Made by a program: the position numbers and the translations under genes
Assembly: GCF_006345805.1 (NCBI RefSeq)
Contig: NC_043004.1
Span: 75,888,001-75,952,000, forward strand
DNA from: Octopus sinensis
Taxonomy: Eukaryota
DNA length: 64,000 nt
Direction of reading: 5' to 3'
Notes under the pieces: model-generated
Databases searched by the model: none
Seen by the model: only the letters and a program-made list of their open reading frames with translations
What the model was told of the DNA's origin: nothing
Shown here: positions 25,271-38,059 of the stretch, in pieces
How the letters are laid out: the number at the start of each line of letters is the position of its first letter
Position numbering within the stretch: the first letter of the stretch is position 1

Positions 25271-26506
25271 CATGTTAGATATATAACCATATTAAATTAC
25301 ACAATTACATTAAATGTATAATTATGTTGTTTGTGAAATAGTTATGTCATCAATCATGTTATGCACCGATAAACTGCACGCATGCACTGCACGTACACAC
25401 TATAAACCTACATAATTATGTGCAAGTATACGGAATTAATTGCATACATATGACCATAGTATATATAATTACACACACGTTTTATATTCTACTCAATTGT
25501 GTATCAGACTCTGTAAAATATACGGTATTATATTCCTCCTCCTCATCATCATCATCACCACCACCACCACCACCACCACCATCATCACCACCACCACCAC
25601 CACCACCATCATTATCATCATCATCGTCCTCATCTTTGTCGTCATCATCATCACCATCACCAACATCATCCTCATCACCACCACCACCACCACCACCGTC
25701 GTCGTCATCGTCATCATCATCATCACCACTTAACATCAGTTTTCCGTGCTGACATGATTTGGATGGTTTGACAGCAGTATAGTGATATGTTATACACAGA
25801 GATGTCACAAAAGAACAGGATAAACACCACTACATGACTTTGCTCAGACTCAGACCTGGATGCTGCATCAAGCAATGCATGGAGGCAGTCGAAGTAAACC
25901 AACAGGATTGGTTACCAGCCACCCTCACACACACCCTCACACACACCCTCACACACACCCTCACACACACACACACACACACAACGGTCTTTTTCCCGTC
26001 TGCCAAATCTACTCACAAGACTTGGGTTGACCTGAGGCTATAGCAGAAGACACTTGACCAAGATGCCATGCAGTGGGACTGAACCTGGAACTATGCGCTT
26101 GGGAAGCAAACTCCTTACCACACAGCTACACACTGTGCTTATTGTGCTTTTAAACACAGCACATCCATAAAAGATGTTATCTCTGGAAAAATACCACAGT
26201 AACTTGCCTTTCATGGACATATTTATAACAATACATTAAGTATGATATATACAGGGCTATTATTATTGAATATTGCTTCTGTGTATAACAGACAAAATAC
26301 ATTGTTACTGAAACAAGTGAATTTTGATCAGTTGCTGGGATGGATTATTTGTGGTTTGAGGTTATTAACCGAAGATAATACATCCAGATATTACATCAGC
26401 TTTATAGAGACAGAATGACTTTGAGAATGGCTGGTATTATTGAATTATTCGCTCAGGGTTTTGCATATTATAGTTGCTATTGATATGTTATTGCTTCTCT
26501 TGGCAG

Positions 26507-26622
26507 GAAATTTTTATATGATATCCAACAAATCATTTAAATATGGAGGGGAAAAAGGTGCCAGATATCTTCTCAGATCAAAATATAAAAACAATCCTTC
26601 CACAGACCTACATTTCATCCAG
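26507..26622 (+). CDS. Candidate internal exon of an unidentified host gene (GNFYMISNKSFKYGGEKGARYLLRSKYKNNPSTDLHFIQ)
   Basis: Polypyrimidine acceptor ttattgcttctcttggcag|, donor CAG|GTGAAG, one open frame (phase 1 to 0), non-repetitive context. No homology recognised. Confidence 0.3.
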
Positions 26623-27314
26623 GTGAAGAATTTTGCCTGTTATTCACTTGATTTTACAAAATCTGGCGCCAACAGTAAGGTGGCAGACTGGCAGAGTCGT
26701 TAGAGTGTCAGACAAAATGTTTATCCTTTATTCTTTACTAGTTTCAATCTGTGGCCATGCTGGGGCAGTGCCTTGGAGTATTTTAGTCAAGTGAGTCAAC
26801 TGTAGTAGTTTTTATTTTTGAAGACTGGTCCTATCGGGTTTTCTTTTGCCAAAGAGGTGGGCAGCAAACACACACACACACATACAATGGGCTTCTTTCA
26901 GTTTCTGTCAACCAAATCCATTCACAAGGTTATAGTAGAAGACATTTGCCAAGATGCCACACAATGGGACTGAACTTGGAACCATGTGGTTGGAAAGCAA
27001 GCTTCTTATCACACAGCCATGCCAGGCTCTTGGGTGGTAAATTCCATGCCACCCTGTTTAACATCACTATTTGGTCTTTAGTTGTCTCTAGTGGACCCCA
27101 TTCTGTAGCAATCCTTCAGGCCAAATCTCTGGTTTGAGGATAAACTTACCCCTTCTACCCCAACATCATACATACTACTTTCCTCTTTTGGATGAGCCAA
27201 TGGCTATCTTAATTAAATACTGCTTCAGTTGCATGCAACATATTTTTTATTGCAATTATCTGCAACATCAATGAATACTTTATCCATTTTTTTCATATAT
27301 TAGAGATGACAATT

Positions 27315-27765
27315 TCTCATGATAATAATAATGAAATTATTGTATACAGTGCTCAGGTGCACCACACCTTGTCAAAAGTGCGTGTAAAGCATATGCAGTA
27401 ATGTACAAATGTCTGGGAAGCGAACAGTGTATGAGTGAGATACATGCTTGTGTGTGTATGGAGGGGAGAAAATCAGGTGTAGTGATGGTGAATCTCAGGA
27501 AACATGGAAGTTTTGAAGGATGCAGTGCCCCAACAACTAACAACTGATGCCAGCAGTTTGTTCCATGCTTCAGCAACTCTTAGCGTGAAAAAATGTTTCC
27601 GAAAGACATGGGAGATGTGCTGTTTTCTGACTTTGTAAACATGTCCACAGGTGTTAGATAGGTGGAATTTGAAAAGGTGCTCAGAGTTATTGTTTGTAAG
27701 ATGGTTAATAATTTTATGGGTGTCTGCCAAGTCAGCTGCCAGATATCCTGAGCATATGGCTGGCC
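27315..27765 (-). mobile_element. CR1/L2-like LINE 3' fragment
   Basis: THKII..LFKF..TCGHVYKV..RKHFFTLRVAEAWNKL..FKT. Confidence 0.85.
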
Positions 27766-28383
27766 ATCAGTACCCACCATTGCGAAGGGCCCCTAAAAGG
27801 CAAAATGTAGCTGACATTATTGCTGGTCATTGCTGGTACAAATTTTTATCTCCCTCTAATAACTATTGTGTCCATAAGAGACAAATACTACAGAAACTGG
27901 TCAGTTGACAATGTGTAGATATTGAATATCCTATATTGGTTACTGTTTTTATCAAATACTGCTTCAATTGCATATAATGAATTTTTATTCAGTGAGACAG
28001 TTATTTACAATATCAGTGAATGTTTTATTTGCTTTTTCCTATATCAGAAGTAATGAATTCTCATTTGAGCAGGTGGCTTGCTGCAAGTACATGTCACTGA
28101 AAAGACCCAAAAAGGCTAAAATGCATCTGGCATATTTGTAGATATTTATTATGTTTTTGTAACACAGCAAGTCTATAGGAGATGTTATCTCAGGACAAAT
28201 ACGACACCAACTGCATACATAGACATTAAATATGATATTTAGATGGCTGACCACATGGAAACCATATTGATATCACATCACAGTGGCTTGCAACATATCA
28301 GAGAATCCAGAGAGAAATCCTAAATATGGTCACTTGAGTTACAAGAAATAGCAGCTAAATTTCTTTTAAAATCACTGTTGTAA

Positions 28384-28599
28384 TCCTTTTGGTACTCATC
28401 TGTCTGAGACCTCTCATAGTTCTATGATATAAACTTCATATCTTCAAGTAATCTAAATTAAAACCCATCAAAATTTCGTCTTTATCTATTTTCTAAAACA
28501 CCAGCTTTATAATGACAAATCTATTTTACTAAATTCTTCATTTTCAAAATGAATTCAAATAAATCCAGTAGATTCCAGCAGAAATAGGTAACAAAAGGG
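28384..28599. mobile_element. piggyBac-like MITE (degenerate left end)
   Basis: (G)TAA TCCTTTTGGTAC ... GTAACAAAAGGG|TTAA. Confidence 0.6.
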
Positions 28600-28641
28600 T
28601 TAAAACTTACACTAGCTTCGATAGTTTTAGACTCCATCAAC

Positions 28642-28855
28642 CCTTTAGCATCTAAACCAGCTATGTCTAACCCAAATTTTCTACATGTTTTATGTTCAAC
28701 CCACCAGGTCTGACCTCTTAGACCAAGCCTACAATGTCATTCTAAAAATTAAAAAATTACATCATTAAAATCTCATGAGACAGCGCATGATTAATTCAAA
28801 GCAATGTGAATTTAAAAAATGTTAAATTTGATAGTTATCAGAATGCTAAAGAGAT
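28642..28855. mobile_element. piggyBac-like MITE
   Basis: TCAACCCTTTAGCAT ... ATGCTAAAGAGATA, decayed TTAA ends. Confidence 0.5.
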
Positions 28856-29433
28856 AGAAAGACAAGACAGCCATGGTGAGACACTTTTGATTAAAAGGCT
28901 GCTCAATTAAAAATGATCAGGGAGGCGGGGATAGCTAAACAACAACAGCAACAAGAAGAGCAAACCGTACCTCTCTGAATTACCACTATTGTGGATTACA
29001 CAACAACAGACTCATACCCAACCACACCAGATCAACACGGAACAATACTGTCTGCATACATGATATATGGCTCCTGACCTTTAAACTATTGATCTGTAAT
29101 GGTCAGAAATACAACAAGTGTTGCGGCATAGTTGAGATTAAAAACTAAATACCAGGAAATAGCTTGAAAACAGTCTAGAAAGAAAATTTCAACCAACTGT
29201 GTAAAATGTACGAGTAAATTATAGACAGTCTGATGTCTGAAAGATTTTATCAGGAGGACAAGAATATGGTCAATAGCATTGAACTCGTGTGTGATTATAA
29301 CTTTAAAGATGAAAGGTCTTCTAATGAATTTGTAAACTCTTAGAAATCTTTTGGTTATTAGTTATATAGTAGCTCATAATGTCCAGTGGTCAGCACCTGG
29401 TCCAGTAAAATATTCACAAGTATGCCATTGTAA

Positions 29434-29738
29434 GTATGCCCATGGGCATATGGCGTAGTGGTTAAGAGCGTGGGATACTAACCTCAAGATTCCGAGTTCG
29501 ATTCCAAGCAGTGACCTGAACAATAACAATAATGATAATAACAATAATATTAATAACATCAAAAAATACCTTAAGAATGAGAACCCAGGTTCGAAATTTC
29601 CCCCAAGATACCTGATGAAGGCTGGAGGCTATATCAGCCAAAACGTTATGTTAACAACAGACAAGATGAGGACAAATATCCGTCAAATGTAAATAATGTA
29701 AATAATGTACATAATTCCTCATCTCTTAAATATAGAAC
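29434..29738 (+). mobile_element. tRNA-headed SINE containing a minimal hammerhead motif (copy A), with 13-bp TSD
   Basis: A box TGGCGTAGTGG 29451-29461, B box GTTCGATTCC 29496-29505, (AAT/AAC)n, hammerhead 29607-29652. TATGCCATTGTAA at 29421-29433 and 29739-29751. Confidence 0.85.
29607..29652 (+). ncRNA. Minimal type I hammerhead relic in copy A
   Basis: GATAC CTGATGA A GGCTG GAGGCTATAT CAGCC AAAA CGTT ATGTT (G12 to A at a CpG). Confidence 0.65.
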
Positions 29739-30359
29739 TATGCCATTGTAAATTTTGGTGTCTTTTGAGTTTCAAAAAATAAAATAATAACAATGATTTC
29801 GAATTTTGGCACAAGGCCAGAGATTCTGTTGATTATTCCAATCCCAATGATCAACTGGTGCTTATTTTACCAATTCTGAACGGATGAAAGACAAAGTTGA
29901 TATCTGAAGAGTTTCAACCCGAAACCTAAAGATGGACAAAATAATACTAAGTATTCTCTTCAGTGTGCTAACGATTCCACCAGATTGCTGCCCTTCAACT
30001 CCTTAATAATAAGTATAAATGTTTCAAACTTTGGGTCAAGGCACGTAGTTTTGAGGGGACTACAAAATTTGAACTCAGAAAGTAAACAGCTGGAATAAAT
30101 GGCCCTAGGAATTTCATCTGATATCCTAAGTATCATTCCAACTCACCACCTTACTTAATAATAACTTGTGGTACCTGTGAATATTTCACAGAATTAACTG
30201 TAAACTTATTGGGTTACTTCTGAAAACTTAATCCAAAAAAATGATGAAAGGTAAAAGTCGACCTGAGCTTTATTTGAACTCAGAACACGAAGACAGACAA
30301 AAAGCTGCTGAGCATTTTGCCTGGCATACTTAATGATTCTACAAGCTCACTGCCTAAAT

Positions 30360-30411
30360 AATGATGATGATGATGATTGATTTTTGATGATTGATGATGA
30401 TTGGTGGTGAT

Positions 30412-30468
<57 letters not shown>

Positions 30469-30870
30469 GTGATGATGATGATTGATTGATGACGACGACG
30501 ATGATGATGATGGGTGATGATTGATGATGATTATGATGATGATGATGATGATGACGATGACGATGATGATGATTGATGATGACGACGACGACGATGATGA
30601 TGATGGGTGATGATTGATGATGATTATGATGATGACGGTGATGATGATGACGACGATGATGATGATGACAACGACGACGACGAAGAAGAAGAAGAAGAAG
30701 AAGAAGAAGAAAAAGAAGAACGACAACAACAACAACAACAACAACAGTTATGATGGTGAAGTGTGGTTTTTATTTGCCAAGATAACCTTACATGAAATGC
30801 TCATGTTACAGAGTTTAACATCTTCAAATTTAGTGAAGAACAACAACAACAGCAGCAACAGCAACAACAA
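30360..30870. repeat. Compound (GAT)/(GAC)/(GAA)/(AAC)n microsatellite
   Basis: Direct reading. Confidence 0.95.
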
Positions 30871-31404
30871 CAATAATCCAAAGCAAAATTGAATTATTGA
30901 ATTTTTCTTCAGTCACAAAGAGATTTTGGAATTTATTTTTGAATTACAGTTAATTGAAATTGATTGAAAATTTCAAATAATGGATAATTAAAAATGGTGC
31001 CTGATAGCAATAAAGAAAATAAACAAATAATAATTAATGAAATGCTAATGAGTTTACATTGTTTGATATTTGGGAATGCATCAGTTTGTTAAATAGATAA
31101 ATATTGGAGAGAGGCATTTGTTGTTTGGCCAGAGCAGGTCTGTGTGTGTGTGTGCGTGTGTGTGGATGTGTGTGTGTGTGTGTGCGTACGTATGTATGTG
31201 TGTGTGTATATGTATGTGTGTGTATGTATGTGTGTGTATGTATGTGTGTGTATGTATGTATATATATATATACATGCATGTGTATATATGTATGTATGTA
31301 TATATGTGTGTGTACGGATGTATGTATGTGTGTGTATGTATGTATGTGTGTCTATGTATGTATGTATACATGTACATGTGTATATTGATATATATATGCA
31401 TGTA

Positions 31405-31455
<51 letters not shown>

Positions 31456-31939
31456 CACACATATGCAAGTATATATATACATATATATATATAATATATA
31501 TATATATATATGTAATCTTTCACTGTCTCTTAAATATATGCATGTTTGTGTGTGTGTGTATCTATATATATACAGATCTATATGTGTATGTGTATATGTA
31601 TGTTTTCTTCAGTTTTAATTATTCGAAGTCTTCCTGTAACAAAGGAACTGGTTTCTAACAAAGATACAAAGCTCCATTATTTGTATGTAGATAACAAAAA
31701 CAAATTCACATTTCAAACTTAAGAAAAGTCTTGCATATTTTGACTGTTCTGCTTACATATTGTATTTGTAACATGAAAATTTGATGGCTGATTTCTTTTT
31801 CTGAAAACCTTAGCATTACCAGATTGTCATTTATGCTTTAATTTTTTTTTTTTGTATATATGATTTGGCCCCAAATAAGATTTATAGGGACTAGAAAGAA
31901 AGAAAGAAAGAAAAGAAGAGGACTACAAATTCCAAAGAT

Positions 31940-32280
31940 GCTGATTGTCAGAAAGATTAAGGGACTGAATATCATAGACCAGAGGAAAACAAGATGATGG
32001 TAAGAAGTTCCACCAGGTTGAGGAAAGACGCTATTTGAATAAAGGGTCTTATGATTTGCACGAAGCTCAACAGAGAAATATTGCAACTGCGAAGAGAATT
32101 GAGTGACACAGTTAAAGGTCTTGACAAACGGTACTAGATCAGAAAGTTCATCTGGGCAATGAGTATGGAAATACTTACAACCATTAAGGACCAACTTAAT
32201 TCCATGATTTGAAAGAGAAGTTTGGAAAGGCCCAGACAGACTATAGCCTCTGAGCTTATGGATCAGCTCAATGTGCCCCA
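31940..32280 (-). mobile_element. Decayed LINE ORF2 3' end (Jockey/I-group-like)
   Basis: KYFHTHCPDELSDLVPFVKTFNCVTQFSSQ..FSVEL..LYSNSVFP. Confidence 0.6.
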
Positions 32281-32399
32281 TTCTGTTAAAAGCCTTTGAG
32301 ATATTAAGACCAATGGCCCCCTAGTTTCACTACAGGGGTTAAGTGAATGACAGAAATATTCAGACGAGACAAAACCAAGCATACCAGTTATATTTATGT

Positions 32400-32639
32400 T
32401 AATTCTTTTATTCTTTTATTTGTTTCAGTCATTTGACTGCGGTCATGCTGGAGCATTGCCTTTAGTCGAGCAAATCAACCCCAGGACTTATTCTTTGTAA
32501 GCCTTGCACTTATTCTAGCGGTCTCTCTTGCTGAACCGCTAAGTGACGGGGATGTAAACACACCAAGCACACCAGCATTGGTTGTCAAGCGATGATGGGG
32601 GGGGGACAAACACAGACACACAAAGATATACATACATAC

Positions 32640-32706
<67 letters not shown>

Positions 32707-33210
32707 CGGCCTGAGGCTATAGTAGAAGACACTTGCCCAAGATGTCATGCAGTGGGACTGAACCAGGAACCATGTGGTTGGTAAGCAAGCTACTTACCAC
32801 ACAGCCACTTACACTCTCATATTCAATTTTATTCTCATATCAGAATGGTCAAAATGGTCCTCAGTGGTCAGGATGGTTCTATCATTTTTAGCTTTCATCT
32901 TTTACTTGTTTCAGTCACTACACTGTGGCCATGCTGGGGCATCACCATGAAGAAATTTAATTTTTAGTCAAATGAATCGACCCAGTACTTATTTTTTTAA
33001 GGCTTGGTACTTATTCTATCAGTCTCTTTTGACAAACCACTACATTACAGGGATGTGTGACTATGTGGTAAGTAGCTTGCTTACCAACCATTTGGTTCTG
33101 GGTTCAATCTCACTGTGTGGCACCTTGGGTAAGTGTCTTCTACTATAGCCTCAGGCTGACCAAAGCTTTGTGAGTGGATTTGGTAGACGGAAACTGAAAG
33201 AAGCGTGTCA

Positions 33211-33246
<36 letters not shown>

Positions 33247-34225
33247 TATTCGTGTGTCTGTGTTTGTCCCTCCACCATCGCTTGACAACCGATGCTGGTG
33301 TGTTTACGTCCCTGTAACTTAGTGGTTTAGCAAAAAGAGAACCAATAGAATATGTACTAGGCTTACAAAGAATAAGTCCTGGGCTCGATTTGTCTGACTA
33401 AAGGAGGTGCTCCAGCATGGCTGCAGTCAAATGACTGAAATAAGTATAAAAATACACAACATCAATTGCCAAGAGGTAGGGGAAGGACAAACAGAGTCAC
33501 AAACACACATACACACACACACAAATACGACAGGCTTCTTTCAGTTTCTGTCTAACAAATCTACTCACAAGACTTTGGTTGGCCCAAAGTATAGTAAAAG
33601 GCTATAGTAAAAGACACTTGTCCAAGGTTCCAGAGAGTGGGACTGAACCAAGAACTATGTTGTTGGGAAGCAAACTTCTTGCCACACAGCCACACCTGTG
33701 CCTTATCTATTAAAGTCTTTGCTAACTCTACTTTGCAGCCTCTCAATTCTAAGTTTTGCTTGCAAGTCTGAAAATTTCTTCTGAAATCTAAAACAGAGTG
33801 GCGTAAGAGTGGCTGTGTGGTAAGTAGCTTGCTTACCAACCACATGGTTCCGGGTTCAGTCCCACTGCGTGGCACCTTGGGTAAGTGTCTTCTACTATAG
33901 CCTCGGGCTGACCAAAGACTTGTGAGTGGATTTGGTAGACAGAGACTGAAAGAAGCCCGTCGTATATATGTATATATATATATATGTGTGTATGTGTGTG
34001 TATATACATGTTTGTGTGTCTGTGTTTGTCCCCCCAACATCGCTTGACAACCGATGCTGGTGTGTTTACGTCCACATAACTTAGCGGTTCGGTAAAAGAA
34101 ATCAATTGAATAAGTACCAGGCTTACAAAAATAAGTCCTGGGGTCAATTTGCTCGACTAAAGGCGGTACTCCAGCATGGCCACAGTCAAATGACTGAAAC
34201 AAGTAAAAGAGTAAAGAGTAAAAAG
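32400..34225. mobile_element. Cluster of ~5 SINE family A copies in alternating orientation
   Basis: - 32400-32810, - 32890-33050, + 33050-33445, - 33470-33705, + 33800-34225. Confidence 0.85.
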
Positions 34226-34943
34226 ATTTGATTGTAAGAACCAAATAATCGTCATCAGTTCTCACAGACATTTCATTTGAGCAAATTAATTCTGTTAATC
34301 AATTGTTTAGTAACATTTTCTATAACCTTCATAATCTGATCCAGCAATTTGATCCCTCTGTAATTGCTCCTCTTTGTTCTCTTCACAGTTGATAATCAGA
34401 CTGCTATACCTTTCATCAGGTATGGCATTTTTTTGCATTAATTGATTAACAGCAGATGTAGCTTTGTTACCTTCCCTCCATGCTTTCCTACCTTAACTCA
34501 CTCCACTCACCTGTCAGTGTAAGCACAACAACCTGCCTACTACAGGAATATATATTCCTTTCTTTTCTACTCTAGGTACAAGAAATTTTGAGGGAGGGGG
34601 TCAGTTGATTAGATTGACCCCAGTATGCAACTGATACTTAATTTATCGACCCCAAAAGGATGACAAGCAAAGTCGACATCAGCGAAATTTGAATTTAGAT
34701 CATAAAGGCAGATGAAATACCTATTTCTATTTCTTTACTACCCACAAGGGGCTAAACACAGAGGGGACAAACAAGGACAGACAAACGGATTTAAGTCGAT
34801 TACACAGACCCCATTGCTTAACTGGTACTTAATTTATCGACCCCGAAAGGATGAAAGGCAAAGTTGATCTCGGCCGAATTTGAACTCAAAACATAAAGAC
34901 AGACAAAATACCGCTAAGTATTTCGCCCGGCATGCTAACAATT

Positions 34944-35643
34944 TGTAATGGTTTGTTGTTAAGGTGCTGGTTGCCAGTATGCAAGGAAGAACGGTGATCG
35001 AAGTTGTAAAGAAATATTTATTTACCGTTATTTTAATATATACCATACCACAACAAGTAGGCTAGTGTAATAGTATAAGACAGTTCGTAAAGCATGCAAG
35101 GTAAAAAGAGTTAATTTCGGCCAGTATCTGTGTGTAGATGATCTCATAGTAGTATAAAGAGAGAGATATGGTAATGTTTCAGAGGAAAGAAAGGGAGTTA
35201 GTGAAAGTGAGAGAGTCGAGGGAAGCTGTCTTGCAGAGTCACTGATTGTAACTTTCTTTTCCCCTCTGGCCGTTGGTCTCTAGTGGCTGCCTGCTTGTGG
35301 CCATGACTCTAGTTGTCCATTCACACTCACTGATGGTTGCTCTCACTAACTGACTTTAGCTTACAGAGTTCTTGTTTTTATAACTATCCAAAACCAGCCA
35401 GAAGGACAGACATATTGTTGAGAGTAACAGATTTCGTTGGAAGTCTGTTATCTCTATCCTAGCTTTTGGTGGCCTAGAAGAGGTTAGAAGGGTCAAGTGG
35501 TGAAGGCATTCTGCTTTGATAAATGTAACTGCTGTCACTTACAGGAAAACTATTGTTTTACCACGAGAAAAGTGCTGTTGAACTTAAGTGAAATTTGACA
35601 ATCAAGGATCGAATCCACACCATGCCTGCATGAAGCCACTACA
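34944..35643. mobile_element. Probable solo LTR (Gypsy-like termini)
   Basis: TGTAATGG ... CCACTACA (7/8 inverted match), 700 bp, interrupts a SINE B. Flanks AATT / GATT are compatible with a mutated 4-bp TSD. Confidence 0.5.
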
Positions 35644-36040
35644 GATTCTTTTCTGCTCTAGGCACAAGACCCAAAATTTGTGGGGAGGGGCCCAGTTGAT
35701 TAGATCAACCCCAGTATGCAACTGGTACTTCATTTATCAACCCTGAAAGGATAGAAGGCAAAGTCAACCTCGGCGGAATTTTAACTCAGAACGTAAAGAC
35801 AAACGAAATCCTGCTAGGTATTTCGCCTGGCGTGCTAACATTTCTGTCAGCTCGCTGCCTATTTATATATATATTCTTTGTACTTATTCTTTGTATGTCT
35901 AGTACTTATTTTATTGGTCTCTTTTGCCGAACTGCCATGTTATGGGGACATAAACACACCAACATTGGTTGTCAAATAATGGTGGAACGGACAAGCACAG
36001 ACACACAAACATATATATACATATACATATATATATATAT

Positions 36041-36150
36041 GGCCTGCACGCTTAGCCAGCGGGGTGGCGTCATTCGAAGGCTAAAACAATGCAAACGCAT
36101 TGTGACCAGCGATGTGTAACAACGTCTGATGGTCTGGTCGGTCACGTGAT

Positions 36151-36157
<7 letters not shown>
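36041..36157 (+). mobile_element. Short CpG-rich insertion ending in TCACGTGA TCACGTGA, inside the TA tract of a SINE A
   Basis: (TA)n on both sides; the host SINE A (- strand) continues on both sides (35880-36000, 36240-36410). Confidence 0.6.
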
Positions 36158-36196
<39 letters not shown>

Positions 36197-36412
36197 TATA
36201 TATACATATACATATATATATATATATGTATGTATATATATAGATATGATGGGCTTCTTCCAGTTTGCGTCTACCAGATCCACTCACAAGGCTTTGTTCG
36301 ACCCAAAGCTATAACTGTAGACACTTGCCCAAGGAGCCACACAGTGGGACTGAACCCGGAACCATGTGGTTGGGAAGCAAGCTTCTTACCACACAGGCAC
36401 ACCTGCACCTAT

Positions 36413-36455
<43 letters not shown>

Positions 36456-37391
36456 TTACACATCATCATCATCATCTGTTTTCTGTAATGGCATAGGTAG
36501 GACAGTTTGACCAGGGCAAGTAAGCTGAGGGGCTGCGCTAGATTCTGAGTCCTTGTGATCACTCCAAATATTGGTTCTCTTTTTTTCTTTTGCACAACAC
36601 CAGCAGTTTTGGGAAAGGGACTAAATCAATTATATTGACCCCTATTGCTCAACTCATATTTACTTATTCATTTATTTTTGTCTGGCAAATACTTGGTGAC
36701 CCTGTCAGTGCAAGTGCCACTTAAAAGCACCCAGTCCACACTGTAAAGTGGTTAGCATTTGGAAGGGCATCCAGCTGTAAAAACCTCGCTAAAACTAACG
36801 TCAACTGTGCTTGTGCCATTGGATGGTCGGTATTAGGAAGGGCATCCAGCTTTAAAAACTCTGGCAAAACAGTCACAGAAATCTGATGAGGGCTTCTGCC
36901 TCGCCAACTCTTGTCAAGCTGTCCCACCTGTGTTAGCATGGCAGGCGGACATTAAACGATGATGATGATGATGATGATGATGATGACCCTGACAGGATAA
37001 AAGATTTAGTTGACCTTGGTGGAATTTGAACTCAGAACATACAGATGGACAAAAGGCTAATAGGTATTTTGTCTAGCATGCTAACCATACTTCCGGCTCA
37101 CCACCTTCAAATATTAAGCCTCATCATCAGAGAGCATCTCTGCTGGTGAACTCAATTCTTTAATATAGCAAAAACCAATGATAGAAATAAGGGAGGGTGT
37201 GCAGGGAGAGGGTGTTTCCCTTTTCTTTAAGTTAAAGTCTGTGGAGTACTCAGCCACTTGTATTTTAATTTCACGAGCAGGCTCTTTTGTTGATCAGAAC
37301 CACTGGAACCCTTGTAGAGATAACTAACAGAATTCCAGTTTTCTGTCTACCAGATCCATTTACAAGGCTTTGGTCAGCCTGTGGTTATAGC

Positions 37392-37558
37392 CAGGGCTGG
37401 CCCTAAGGTTGCTGGTGCCCTAGACAAGCTGAACTCCAGTGTGTACAAGCTGATGATTGTGGAAATTTCTTTGTCTTTGTCATGCCCTCCTTGGTGCCCC
37501 CTAGCACATGGTGCTCTGGGTGACTACCTAGGTTGCTGGTACATTGAGCGGGGCCCTG
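37392..37558. mobile_element. hAT-like MITE, 167 bp, 8-bp TSD
   Basis: GTTATAGC|CAGGGC...GCCCTG|GCTATAGC. Confidence 0.8.
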
Positions 37559-37892
37559 GCTATAGCAGACGTGACTTGTGCAACGTGCCACATAGTAAAA
37601 CTGAACTCAAGACCACATGATTTAGAAGTAAGCTTCTTAACCTGTTTTATCCCCAGCCCCAGTGTAGCCTTAATTCCTAAAATCCATTTCCATTACCAGC
37701 AAAACTGCTTCTCGAAGACTGGCTTTCCTCTTTTGAGCCAGAAAATGCTTCACCCCCATCCCTGCCTAATTAGTAATTAATCCTCTACAAAGCTCAATAT
37801 TGTTGTGTGGCTAAGAAGCTTACTTCCAAACCATGTGGTCTTGAGTTCAGTTTTACTGTGTGGCACGTTGCACAAGTCGCTTCTGCTATAGC

Positions 37893-38059
37893 CAGGGCCC
37901 CGCTCAAGGTACCAGCAACCTAGGTAGTCACCCAGAGCACCAAATGCTAGGGGATACCAAGGAGGGCATGACAAAGACAAAGAGATTTCCACAACCATCA
38001 GTTTGTACACACTGGAGTTCAGCTTGCCCAGGGTGCCAGCAACCTTAGGGCCAGCCCTG
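37893..38059. mobile_element. hAT-like MITE, duplicated copy
   Basis: GCTATAGC|CAGGGC...GCCCTG|GCTATAAC; same TSD mismatch as 37392-37558. Confidence 0.8.
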
